Assembly (NCBI GenBank): GCA_934162615.1
Contig: CAKPJK010000002.1
Coordinates: 705 to 64,704 of the forward strand
Direction: 5' to 3'
DNA: 64,000 bases
Origin: an uncultured Clostridia bacterium
Lineage (GTDB): Bacteria > Bacillota > Clostridia > TANB77 > CAG-508
This document shows positions 52,193-61,988 of this stretch, one piece after another. A program made the position numbers and the translations under genes. The notes beneath the pieces are model-generated. The model saw nothing but the letters and a program-made list of their open reading frames with translations, did not search any database and had not been told where the DNA came from. Position 1 is the stretch's first letter, and each line of letters starts with the position of its first letter.

Positions 52193-53911
52193 ATGAAAAA
52201 AGAAAAAATAGTCCAAGAGTTCAAGGACATAAAAGAACTAATATACAATTCAGCAAAAACATATGCAAACAATATAGCATTTGTAGTAAAACACCAAGAA
52301 GGCAAAAACAAAACATACGAAAATATAACTTATAAAATGCTTTTAGAACAAATAAACGCATTAGGTACTAAATTATACAGTATGGGATTAAAAAACAAAA
52401 GAATAGCCATTCTAGGACGAAATAGATATGAATGGGCATTAGGACACTTAACAAGTTTGTTAGGTGGGATAATATCAGTTCCATTAGACAAAGATTTACA
52501 AGTAGATGAACTAGAAAATTCATTAATAAGAAGTAAAGCAGACGCAATTTATTTTGACGAAAAATACATAGAAAAAATAGAAGAAATAAAAAATAGAAAC
52601 AATACAAATGTAAAAGAATATATTTGTATGTCAAAAATAGCAGAATATGATGATATACATACATTAAAAGAAGAAGGACAAAAATTATTAGAAGAAGGAA
52701 ACAAAGAATATATATCAGCAAAAATAGATGAAAATGCAATGAACATTTTATTGTTCACATCAGGAACTACATCAAAATCAAAAGCGGTAATGTTATCACA
52801 AAAAAATATTGCATCAAATGTGTATGCAATGCAAAGAGTTGAAGACATCAGAAGTACAGATTCAAATTTAGCATTTTTACCAATGCATCATATATTTGGT
52901 TCAACATGTCTAATTGTAATGTTAGCATGTGGTGTTAGAACATCATTTCCAGATGGATTAAGATATGTTGCGCAAAACTTAAAAGAATATGAGGTATCTT
53001 TATTTGTCGGTGTACCACTATTGGTAGAAGCAATTTACAATAAAGTTGTAAAAGAAATAGATAAACAAGGAAAAACAAAACTTATAAAAAATGCTATAAG
53101 AGTTAGTAATTTCTTATTAAAATTACATATAGACATTAGAAGAAAATTATTCAAACCGATAATTGATCAATTAGGTGGAAAAATGAGATTTGTAATTTCA
53201 GGTGGAGCACCATTAGATCCTAAAATACAAAAAGGATTTATAGATTTAGGAATAAATGTAGCACAAGGATATGGTCTTACAGAAACATCACCAGTTATAG
53301 CGGCGGAAAATATGTACAAATCAAGAACAGGTTCAATAGGAGTTCCAATGGAAAATGTGACTGTTGAAATTGTAAATAAAGACGATAACGGTATAGGGGA
53401 GTTACGTGCAAAAGGACCTAATGTAATGCTTGGTTACTATGAAAACGATGAAGAAACAAATAAAGTACTTAAAGATGGTTGGTTCTATACTGGCGATTTA
53501 GGTTATATTGATAAAGATGGCTTTATTTTTATAACAGGTAGACAAAAGAATATGATAGTTCTTAAAAATGGTAAAAAAATCTTCCCAGAGGAAATTGAAA
53601 CTTTGGTTAATAGAATTGATTTAGTAGAAGAATGTATGGTATTTGGTATGCCAGATGAAGTTGATAAAAACGATGTTAAACTTTCTGTTAAGGTTGTTTA
53701 TAATAAAGATGAAGTAAAACAAAAATATGGTGACATTTCTTTTGATGAGATTAGAGATATTATTTGGAATAGAATTAAGAATGAGGTTAATACAACTGTT
53801 CCTAGATATAAACATATAATGAATATGATTTTGACTGATAAAGAACTTATTAAGACTACTACTAAGAAAGTTAAAAGGAATGAAGAATTGAAGGAAATTT
53901 TAGGAAAATAG
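52193..53911 (+). CDS. AMP-dependent synthetase, long-chain-fatty-acid-CoA ligase-like
   Basis: Start at ATG 52193. AMP-binding signature LFTSGTTSKSKAV, plus GYGLTE, YTGDLG and GRQKNMIVLKNGKKI. Confidence 0.9.
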   Translation: MKKEKIVQEFKDIKELIYNSAKTYANNIAFVVKHQEGKNKTYENITYKMLLEQINALGTKLYSMGLKNKRIAILGRNRYEWALGHLTSLLGGIISVPLDKDLQVDELENSLIRSKADAIYFDEKYIEKIEEIKNRNNTNVKEYICMSKIAEYDDIHTLKEEGQKLLEEGNKEYISAKIDENAMNILLFTSGTTSKSKAVMLSQKNIASNVYAMQRVEDIRSTDSNLAFLPMHHIFGSTCLIVMLACGVRTSFPDGLRYVAQNLKEYEVSLFVGVPLLVEAIYNKVVKEIDKQGKTKLIKNAIRVSNFLLKLHIDIRRKLFKPIIDQLGGKMRFVISGGAPLDPKIQKGFIDLGINVAQGYGLTETSPVIAAENMYKSRTGSIGVPMENVTVEIVNKDDNGIGELRAKGPNVMLGYYENDEETNKVLKDGWFYTGDLGYIDKDGFIFITGRQKNMIVLKNGKKIFPEEIETLVNRIDLVEECMVFGMPDEVDKNDVKLSVKVVYNKDEVKQKYGDISFDEIRDIIWNRIKNEVNTTVPRYKHIMNMILTDKELIKTTTKKVKRNEELKEILGK

Positions 53912-53976
53912 AATATATAAAAGACACTTCAAATATAGAATTAAAAGGTTGCGATGCATATAATAACGTTGTTAAA

Positions 53977-54588
53977 TTGGTAGATGATGCTTGCTTTACT
54001 TTATATAACAATTCTAAATTTACATATGGTGCACAAAATTTAAAATTGGAAGATATTATAGACAAATTAAATGTGGCTGTAAAAAGACCTAGTGGTTTTT
54101 ATTCATTATCAACAGGATATTATCCTAATATTATTGAAAATGAGATTGAACAAACGGTTATAAAAAATGATTTAACAATTGTTGGAAATGAAATAAAACA
54201 AAGCGAACAAAATAAATTTGTAAATGGCAAAACAGAATCAAATGGACTCAAATTTAAAAGTTCATGTTGGGATAATGAACTAAATGAAAATAGTTTTAAA
54301 GAAAAAATATATTATGAACTATTTATAAATGATGGTAGAAAAGATTTTCCAGAATATATATTATCAACAAGAACAATATTTATTACGGAAAAAGATGCTT
54401 GTTATGGACTTAGATATATAAAAAATGGATATTATACACAGGGTATGTTGTGGTCATCTACAGGATGGGATAGCTCTGATGTTTCATATAAATTTAGGCC
54501 AGTTATAACATTAAATTCTAATGTTATATTAGATTATTCTAATTCAGGTGATGGGAGTACACCAGATAGAGCATATACAATTCAATAA
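53977..54588 (+). CDS. hypothetical protein, probably a 5'-truncated remnant
   Basis: Only a TTG start with no RBS. The frame is open back to 53884 (..EYIKDTSNIELKGCDAYNNVVKL..), overlapping the end of the upstream gene. Confidence 0.4.
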   Translation: MVDDACFTLYNNSKFTYGAQNLKLEDIIDKLNVAVKRPSGFYSLSTGYYPNIIENEIEQTVIKNDLTIVGNEIKQSEQNKFVNGKTESNGLKFKSSCWDNELNENSFKEKIYYELFINDGRKDFPEYILSTRTIFITEKDACYGLRYIKNGYYTQGMLWSSTGWDSSDVSYKFRPVITLNSNVILDYSNSGDGSTPDRAYTIQ

Positions 54589-54594
54589 TAATAA

Positions 54595-54630
54595 AAAACT
54601 AACTTGGTATTTTCTAGGTTAGTTTTTTGT
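54595..54630 (+). terminator. rho-independent terminator
   Basis: AAAACTAAC ... GTTAGTTTTTTG. Confidence 0.7.
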
Positions 54631-54744
54631 TGCTTTGAATTATAATTATGTAAAATACGAATGATATAATTAAAATATTACAACAAAACCTAACTAAAGT
54701 TCATATAATATATAAATGTCGAATGAAAGGAGGTTTTGTAGATT

Positions 54745-55324
54745 TTGGAACTAGAACATAAAAAAATAGGATTTGTTTTAACAGGTTCATTCTGTACATT
54801 TAGTAAAACAATTCCTAAAATAAAAGAATTAGTAAAAATGGGTTCTGAGGTCATTCCAATTATGTCATATAATGCTTATAATTTAGATACAAAATTTGGA
54901 AAAGCCAAAGATTTTATAAATGAAATTGAAGAAATTACTGGTAAAAAAATTATTCATACTATACAAGAAGCGGAACCAATTGGTCCTAAACATTTAACAG
55001 ATATTATGGTTGTTGCTCCTTGCTCTGGTAATACAATGGCTAAACTTGCAAATGATATTATTGATACTCCTGCTACAATGGCAGTTAAATCTCATTTAAG
55101 AAACAATTTACCTGTTGTTATTGCCGCTTCTACTAATAATGCTTTGAGCCGGTAATGCATCTAATATAGGTACATTACTTAATAGAAAAAATTATTATTT
55201 TGTTCCTTTTAGACAGGATAATCCGATTACTAAACCACGTTCTGTTGTTTTTGATTTTGATTATCTTATAAAAACTATTGGAACTGCTTTGGATGGAAAG
55301 CAAATTCAACCAATATTGCTTTAA
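54745..55324 (+). pseudogene. dpaB: dipicolinate synthase subunit B (SpoVFB), reading frame broken (+1) at in-frame CGG 55150-55152
   Basis: The 0 frame reads IGFVLTGSFCTF...VVAPCSGNTMAKLANDI...ASTNNALS, then CGG TAA. The +1 frame from GGT 55151 reads GNASNIGTLLNRKNYYFVPFRQDNPITKP... to stop 55322. Joined length is 192 aa, matching DpaB. Confidence 0.88.
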
Positions 55325-55483
55325 GATATTACTAAGTGGATAAATGTTAATATAAAGTATGGAGACTAATGGAAATTGGTTTCCATATTTTTCGCTTATA
55401 AAAAAATAATTTATAAAATAAATCTAGTAAACTAATTAATAATGTGATACAATTCAAACAGAACGAAAATGGAGGAAAATAAA

Positions 55484-57475
55484 ATGGATGATATTATTAA
55501 ACAAATAGAAGAAGAACTAGAACAAAAAAACATTATGAACAAAGACATAAGAACAATATTAGACAAGTACTATACTAGACTAAAAATAAAAGGACTAGAA
55601 GATTTATATGGAAAAACATTTTACATTCCATCATATCAAAGAGGATATAGATGGACAGTAGACAATGTTCAGAAGTTATTAGAAGACCTTGAAAATTTTG
55701 GGAAAAATGAAAAAAATCATAACATTGATTATTGTTTACAACCCCTAATAGTAAAAAAATGTGTAGATAACAAAAATAATAAAATGTATGAACTGATTGA
55801 TGGCCAACAAAGATTAACAACATTAAAATTAATACTAGATGAATTATTCGAGGAAAAAAATAAATATGTATTAGAGTATGAAATTGAAAATAAAATAATT
55901 GACCAACATTATATAGAAAAAGCAGAAAAAACTATAAAAAAATTTTTTGAAGGAAGAAAAAATAAAGGCAAAAAAGAAATTATTTTAAATGTTATAAATG
56001 AAAACAGAATTAAATTTTTATGGTATGAAATAGGAGAAGAAGACAATGAAAATGAAATCTTTTCAAGAATAAATGATGGAAAAATTTTATTATCAAATGC
56101 AGAAAACTCAAAAGCATTACTTTTAAAACTTGAAAGTGACAAAAAAAGTGATGAATTTGAATTCAAACAAAAAACAGACGCAATGAAATGGGACGAGATA
56201 GAAAATCTTCTAGAAGATGATGAATTCTGGTATTTTTTAACAAACAAAAAATTACAATACAAATTTGAAAAAACAAGAATTGATTTAATATTTGATATAT
56301 ATGAAAAAATACTAGGGAAAAATAATATTTTTGATTATATAGAAGAACAAATTTATAAGGATGTTAATAATAAAGAAAAAATTTGGAACGACCTAAAAAG
56401 TATATATGAATGCCTTAGAGAATGGTATGATGATAGTGAATTATATCATTTGGTTGGATATTATATTTATATATCAAATGAAAAATATATTGAGACAGTA
56501 GCAAACTTGGTAAATAGATATGCACCACATTTAAAAAATGATAATAATGAACAAGAGAAAATTGAAAATAAAGAAAAGTTTAAAGAAGAATTATATAAAA
56601 AAATAAGAGACGATTTGGAAAATGAATATACTGTATACATAAATAATTTAAAAGGAACTAATAAAAAAAATAAAAAATGTTCAATTAAACCATTTGAAAA
56701 AATAGTTGATAAAATTGAGTATTGTGATGAGGGAAGAAATTTGATAAACAAACTCCTTTTTGTATTTAACTGTTTATCAATGATTGACACAGAGGAAAGA
56801 ATATCATTTAATAAATTCAAAGACGAAAAATGGAACATAGAACACATTTATCCAGTACATGATGATATAGAAACATTGAATGACGAAAAGAAAAAAGGTG
56901 AACTAGTTGAAAGTCTAAAACACTTTTTAGAAAATATAAATAAGACAGACGAGAAGAATAAAGATGGAAAAGAGAAAGACAAACATGATGAGGAACTGAA
57001 TGACAATATAGAAAAGATTAAAACAAAATTGGAAAACTTTAAACAAAATTATAATGACGAAAGTTTTAGTGATATAGCAATGGCAATTGACAAAATTGTG
57101 TCAAATTCAACAACATTAATGGATGATACAACTAAGAATTTAATTGGAAATTTAGTACTTTTGAATGAAACAATAAATAAAGGGTATAGAAATGATTTAT
57201 TTATCCAAAAAAGAAAAGTTATAATAGACAAAGTATTAAAAAATGAAAACGATGAAAATAAAGAACAGGACAATATAAAGAAAAAAGCAATGGATTCAAG
57301 AAAGTTTTATATTTTACCTTGTACAGAAAGAGCATTTTTAAAATTTTATAGTCCTGATATTTTGCAAAGTAACAGATGGGACGAAAATGATGTAAAGAAT
57401 TATAAAAATGCAATAGAAGCAACATTAAAAACTATTAATGAAAAATCAGGTAAAAATAATAAAAAAACAGATTAA
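55484..57475 (+). CDS. GmrSD-like protein (N-terminal DUF262 ParB-like NTPase domain, C-terminal DUF1524 His-Me nuclease domain)
   Basis: FYIPSYQRGYRW and IDGQQRLTTL (DUF262). WNIEHIYP ... IGNLVLLNETINKGYRN (DUF1524). Start moved to ATG 55484 behind GGAGG. Confidence 0.8.
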   Translation: MDDIIKQIEEELEQKNIMNKDIRTILDKYYTRLKIKGLEDLYGKTFYIPSYQRGYRWTVDNVQKLLEDLENFGKNEKNHNIDYCLQPLIVKKCVDNKNNKMYELIDGQQRLTTLKLILDELFEEKNKYVLEYEIENKIIDQHYIEKAEKTIKKFFEGRKNKGKKEIILNVINENRIKFLWYEIGEEDNENEIFSRINDGKILLSNAENSKALLLKLESDKKSDEFEFKQKTDAMKWDEIENLLEDDEFWYFLTNKKLQYKFEKTRIDLIFDIYEKILGKNNIFDYIEEQIYKDVNNKEKIWNDLKSIYECLREWYDDSELYHLVGYYIYISNEKYIETVANLVNRYAPHLKNDNNEQEKIENKEKFKEELYKKIRDDLENEYTVYINNLKGTNKKNKKCSIKPFEKIVDKIEYCDEGRNLINKLLFVFNCLSMIDTEERISFNKFKDEKWNIEHIYPVHDDIETLNDEKKKGELVESLKHFLENINKTDEKNKDGKEKDKHDEELNDNIEKIKTKLENFKQNYNDESFSDIAMAIDKIVSNSTTLMDDTTKNLIGNLVLLNETINKGYRNDLFIQKRKVIIDKVLKNENDENKEQDNIKKKAMDSRKFYILPCTERAFLKFYSPDILQSNRWDENDVKNYKNAIEATLKTINEKSGKNNKKTD

Positions 57476-57497
57476 AATACAGAAAGGACTGAAAAAA

Positions 57498-60149
57498 ATG
57501 AAAAATGAATATACTTTTTTTAGTTTATTAAATGAGTTTGAAAAAATTGAAATTCCAAGAATTCAAAGAAGTTATGCTCAAGGAAGAGAAAGTGAAAAAA
57601 TTGTTAGAGATAGCTTTTTAGGTAGTATAATGAAAACTCTAGAAAACAAAAATGAAGATAGATTATGTCTTGATTTTATATATGGTGATAGCAATAATAA
57701 AAAATTTATTCCAATAGATGGTCAACAAAGATTAACTACATTATATTTATTATATTGGTATTTAAATAATTTTGAAAAAAATACAGTAGAAAAAGAAAAA
57801 AGAAAAGAAGCATTAAGAAAATTTACATATGAGACCAGAGAAAGTTCAAAGGAATTTTGTGAGAGATTGTCAAGTACTAGTATAAATGTTGAAGATTTTA
57901 AAAATACAAAAGAGGAAAAAATATCATCAAAGATAAAGAACCAAACATGGTATCTTATACAATGGAAGGATGACCCAACTATTAAAGCAATGTTGACTAT
58001 GTTGGATGCAATAGAAGAAAAATTAAAATTTAAGGATATTCAAGCAATCAAAACAAATGCTTTTGAACAAAATGGAAAAAGAATATATTTTTATTTTATT
58101 GAGGTTAAAACATTTGGAAGTGCTGATGAATTATATGTTAAAATGAATTCAAGAGGAAAGAAATTAACAACTTTTGAGAATTTTAAATCCAAATTAGAAG
58201 GCTATATGGACAGAGAAATATTCAAAAAAGAGGAGGATAAAAAAACATTAAATGAATTCAAAAAGAAAATTGATAATGAATGGCTTTTGTATTTCTGGGA
58301 TATAAAAAAGGATTCTGAAAACAATGGAGGTGAACTAGATAGATGCCTAATGAATTTATTTATGACTATATTTGAAAATGAAATGGCATTGATAGATAAT
58401 AAGACAAGTGATGAAATAAAAAGCATAATAAAAGATTATGACGATTTTATTTTAAAAAATGAAGATGAAAGAAAACTTGATTTTGAAAAAATAAAAGAGC
58501 AGAATGTTATAAATAAAACGACAATAAAATATAGTTGTTATGTTTTAGAATATTATTCAATGCTACAAAATGCTAAACAGGATACTGAACAAAATGTCAA
58601 ACAGGATGCTAAACAAGAACTTGATAAAATAATTAATTATGAAGAAATTATTAACAAAATGATGAATTTTTCAGGTGGAAATAAAAATGACTTTAGACCA
58701 GAAAAAATCCAATTTTATATAATTTGCAAATATTTATATAAAATATGTGAAAAGGAAAAAGACAAAGAGTTAGCAGATGTAATAAAAGAAGCGAATAGCC
58801 AAAAAAAATTAACAGAAATATTATATTTTGCAAGAAATATTGTAAAAAATGTATATATAGATAGTGAAGAAAAATATTGCAAAATGATTAAATTTATGGA
58901 TAACATTGTAGATACATTTATAGATAATAATTATAATAGTATATTTGAATATTTGAAAGATTTAGATGTAGAAAAATGTGAAATAGAAAACGAAGTTAAA
59001 TATTTGCTAAACGGAGAACATAAAAAGGCTGAAAAGATATGCAGTAGTATTGAATGGAAAAATGAAATAATAAAAATGGATGCAAATGAGTATTTTTCAG
59101 GAAATACAAGATTTATATTTGAATTTGTAGGAAATAGAAGAAAAGAAAATCTAAATGAAAATGAACTAGAGGAATATAGAAAATATGTTACTTTAATTAA
59201 TATTATATTTAGTGGTAAAAATAATGAAGATACTGAATCAATAGAAGATATAAAAGATGCTAATATTGACCCAATTTGTAATAGTGACAATTATTATCTA
59301 AAAAGAGCGTTATTTACTATAGGAAATTATATGTTTGAATTTAGTAAAAGATATAGTTACCTAATATGTAGTGATAAATACCAAAGTTGGAAAAAATTGC
59401 TTACGGGTGAGAAATATGGTGAAGCAAAAGATGTATTTAGAAAATTACTAGACAAAATTTCAGATAAATATGATGTCAATAATAATGATGACAACAATAG
59501 TGATGATAATAGTTCAAGGAATAGAATAAAGGAAATCATAAAAAATATAGTTGAAACGTATATACAAGATAATAAACAACCAGTATATGGAGTTGGAAAT
59601 TGGCGTGAATATCTAATTAGATATCCAAAATTAATAGGAATTGTAAAAGATAATACTAATTCAAGTAAGCTAGGAATTTTGAAGACGGTAAATAATGAAA
59701 AAATAGACAATGCTAAAGATATAATAATTATAAAAAGAGTCAATGTTAGTCAAACTAGTTGGAGTTTCTATACATATGCTTTAAAATGTAGAATAGAAGA
59801 AAAATATGGAAAAGAATTAGGATTAGAATATCAACCTAATTCGAACGAAGATAACAAATATATAATTTATAAATCATCTAGATATGGAAAGATTAGTTTA
59901 ATATATGGACTAAAAGAAGACATAGAGCCATTATATGGAAAATATGCATACTATATTAAGTCGGAAAAAGATTTATCAAGTATTTTAAATAAAGGACAAA
60001 ACTGTGGTGAGGTAACATTACAAGATGGAAAAAAATACTTTTTCTATAAATATGTTCTAGAACAAACAGATAACCAAACAGAAGAACAGAAAAATAATGC
60101 AGCAATGGCTGAACAAAATATAATTGATGATTTTGGAAAATTACTATAA
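57498..60149 (+). CDS. DUF262-domain protein with a long uncharacterised C-terminal region
   Basis: IEIPRIQRSYAQGRE and IPIDGQQRLTTLYLLYWYL (DUF262). I saw no DUF1524/HNH motif in the ~600-aa C-region. Start chosen at ATG 57498. Confidence 0.7.
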   Translation: MKNEYTFFSLLNEFEKIEIPRIQRSYAQGRESEKIVRDSFLGSIMKTLENKNEDRLCLDFIYGDSNNKKFIPIDGQQRLTTLYLLYWYLNNFEKNTVEKEKRKEALRKFTYETRESSKEFCERLSSTSINVEDFKNTKEEKISSKIKNQTWYLIQWKDDPTIKAMLTMLDAIEEKLKFKDIQAIKTNAFEQNGKRIYFYFIEVKTFGSADELYVKMNSRGKKLTTFENFKSKLEGYMDREIFKKEEDKKTLNEFKKKIDNEWLLYFWDIKKDSENNGGELDRCLMNLFMTIFENEMALIDNKTSDEIKSIIKDYDDFILKNEDERKLDFEKIKEQNVINKTTIKYSCYVLEYYSMLQNAKQDTEQNVKQDAKQELDKIINYEEIINKMMNFSGGNKNDFRPEKIQFYIICKYLYKICEKEKDKELADVIKEANSQKKLTEILYFARNIVKNVYIDSEEKYCKMIKFMDNIVDTFIDNNYNSIFEYLKDLDVEKCEIENEVKYLLNGEHKKAEKICSSIEWKNEIIKMDANEYFSGNTRFIFEFVGNRRKENLNENELEEYRKYVTLINIIFSGKNNEDTESIEDIKDANIDPICNSDNYYLKRALFTIGNYMFEFSKRYSYLICSDKYQSWKKLLTGEKYGEAKDVFRKLLDKISDKYDVNNNDDNNSDDNSSRNRIKEIIKNIVETYIQDNKQPVYGVGNWREYLIRYPKLIGIVKDNTNSSKLGILKTVNNEKIDNAKDIIIIKRVNVSQTSWSFYTYALKCRIEEKYGKELGLEYQPNSNEDNKYIIYKSSRYGKISLIYGLKEDIEPLYGKYAYYIKSEKDLSSILNKGQNCGEVTLQDGKKYFFYKYVLEQTDNQTEEQKNNAAMAEQNIIDDFGKLL

Positions 60150-60179
60150 AAATTTAAAACAAAAGAAAGGATGATAATA

Positions 60180-61943
60180 ATGGAAGAAAAATACAACTGG
60201 AATTTACATGACATCTTCGAAAACGAAGAGCAATTCAAAAAAGAAAAAGGAGAAATAGCAGACATATTAGAAAAAATTAAAACATATCAAGGAATACTAT
60301 GTAATACATCAGACAACTTATATAATTGTTATAAACTATATGAGCAAGCACTAGAAAAATTTGAAAAAGTATATGCATATGGAATGTTAAAATATCATTT
60401 AGACATGTCCAACCAAGAAGGAATAAAAATATTTAAAGAAGTTGAAACATTAGGAACAGAATTTAGTGTTGCAACATCATTTATGACACCAGAAATAACA
60501 TATGCAGATGAAAACACAATAAAAGAGTATATCAAAGAAGAAATATTTAAAGGATATGAAAGAGATATTAAGGATATACTTAATGAGAAAAAACATGTAC
60601 TAAGTAAAGAAGAGGAAAATATACTTGCTAACTTTTCAGAAATAATATCAGCTCCAGAAAATACATTTGATACACTAACAAATGCAGAGTTTAAATTTGG
60701 AACTTTAATAGATGAAAATGGTAAAGAAGTAGAAATGACAGATAGTACATATACATTATTCCTAAAAAATAAAGATAGAAATGTAAGAAAACAAGCTTTT
60801 GATTTAATGTACAAAAAATACAGTGAGTTTATAAATACAATTACAGAAATGTATATTTCAAATGTAAAAGCAAAAGCTACAACTGCAAAGTTAAGAAAGT
60901 ACAATTCAAGTTTAGAGGAAACTGTTGAACATGATGATGCAAGTCTTAAAGTATATGAAAGCTTAATAGAAGCGGTTAATGAGGATATGAATGTAAATTA
61001 CGAATTCATAAAATTAAAAAAGAAAATGCTTAATTTAGATGAAATGCATATGTATGATTTATATGTAAATCCATGTGAGCAAGGAAAAGATGAAATAACA
61101 TTTGAGGATGCAAAACAAGAAGTTTTAAATGCATTACAAATATTAGGTAAAGAATATATAAACAAATTAGAAGAGGCTTTTGATAATAGATGGATAGATG
61201 TATATGCAAAACCAAATAAAAGAGGAGGAGCATATAGTATGGGTGTATATGGAGTACATCCATATGTGTTAACTAACTTTGTAAATAGTAAAAGAGATGT
61301 AAGCACCATAGCACATGAATTAGGCCATAGTATGCATTCATATTATTCAAATAGAGAGCAAAATGTATTAAATGCAAACTACACAATAATGGTTGCAGAA
61401 GTTGCATCAACAGTTAATGAAATTTTATTAAGTGATTATCAAATTAAAAATGAAAAAGATAATAAGAAAAAGGCAGAATTGTTATATGAATTATTAGAAA
61501 TGATTAGAGCAACTTTATTTAGACAAGCGATGTTTGCAGAATTTGAAAAAGATGTACATGATAAAATTGAAAATAATGTTATGCTTTCTGCAGATGATTT
61601 AAATGATATATATTATAAATTGAACCAAAAATACTTTGGCGCTGATGTTAATATAGATGAACAAATCAAATATGAATGGGCAAGAATTCCTCATTTTTAT
61701 AGTGATTTTTATGTATATAAATATTGTACAGGTGTTTCTTCTGCTATTGCCATTGCATCTAAAATATTAAATAAAAAATCTGGCTTTGTTGAAAAGTATA
61801 TTGAAATGCTTAAACAAGGATGCTCTAAAAAATCAATTGATTTACTTAAAATGGTTGATGTTGATTTAGAAAGCAAAGATACGTATAAGAGTGCTATAGA
61901 ATTTTATAACCAGAAGATAAAAGAATTAAAAATGTTACTTTAA
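60180..61943 (+). CDS. pepF: oligoendopeptidase F (M3B)
   Basis: About 587 aa. HELGHSMH zinc motif and an M3B-typical N-terminus (WNLHDIFENEEQF). Confidence 0.92.
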   Translation: MEEKYNWNLHDIFENEEQFKKEKGEIADILEKIKTYQGILCNTSDNLYNCYKLYEQALEKFEKVYAYGMLKYHLDMSNQEGIKIFKEVETLGTEFSVATSFMTPEITYADENTIKEYIKEEIFKGYERDIKDILNEKKHVLSKEEENILANFSEIISAPENTFDTLTNAEFKFGTLIDENGKEVEMTDSTYTLFLKNKDRNVRKQAFDLMYKKYSEFINTITEMYISNVKAKATTAKLRKYNSSLEETVEHDDASLKVYESLIEAVNEDMNVNYEFIKLKKKMLNLDEMHMYDLYVNPCEQGKDEITFEDAKQEVLNALQILGKEYINKLEEAFDNRWIDVYAKPNKRGGAYSMGVYGVHPYVLTNFVNSKRDVSTIAHELGHSMHSYYSNREQNVLNANYTIMVAEVASTVNEILLSDYQIKNEKDNKKKAELLYELLEMIRATLFRQAMFAEFEKDVHDKIENNVMLSADDLNDIYYKLNQKYFGADVNIDEQIKYEWARIPHFYSDFYVYKYCTGVSSAIAIASKILNKKSGFVEKYIEMLKQGCSKKSIDLLKMVDVDLESKDTYKSAIEFYNQKIKELKMLL

Positions 61944-61988
61944 GACGTCGGTTGTTAAAATGATATTAAATAGACAATAATAAATGAA

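Noticed and set aside
55469-60149. Classical restriction-modification or toxin-antitoxin pair
   Set aside because: No methyltransferase motifs (DPPY/NPPY, FxGxG) or small antitoxin-like gene are present. Both proteins carry DUF262 domains, which fits type IV (modification-dependent) systems better.
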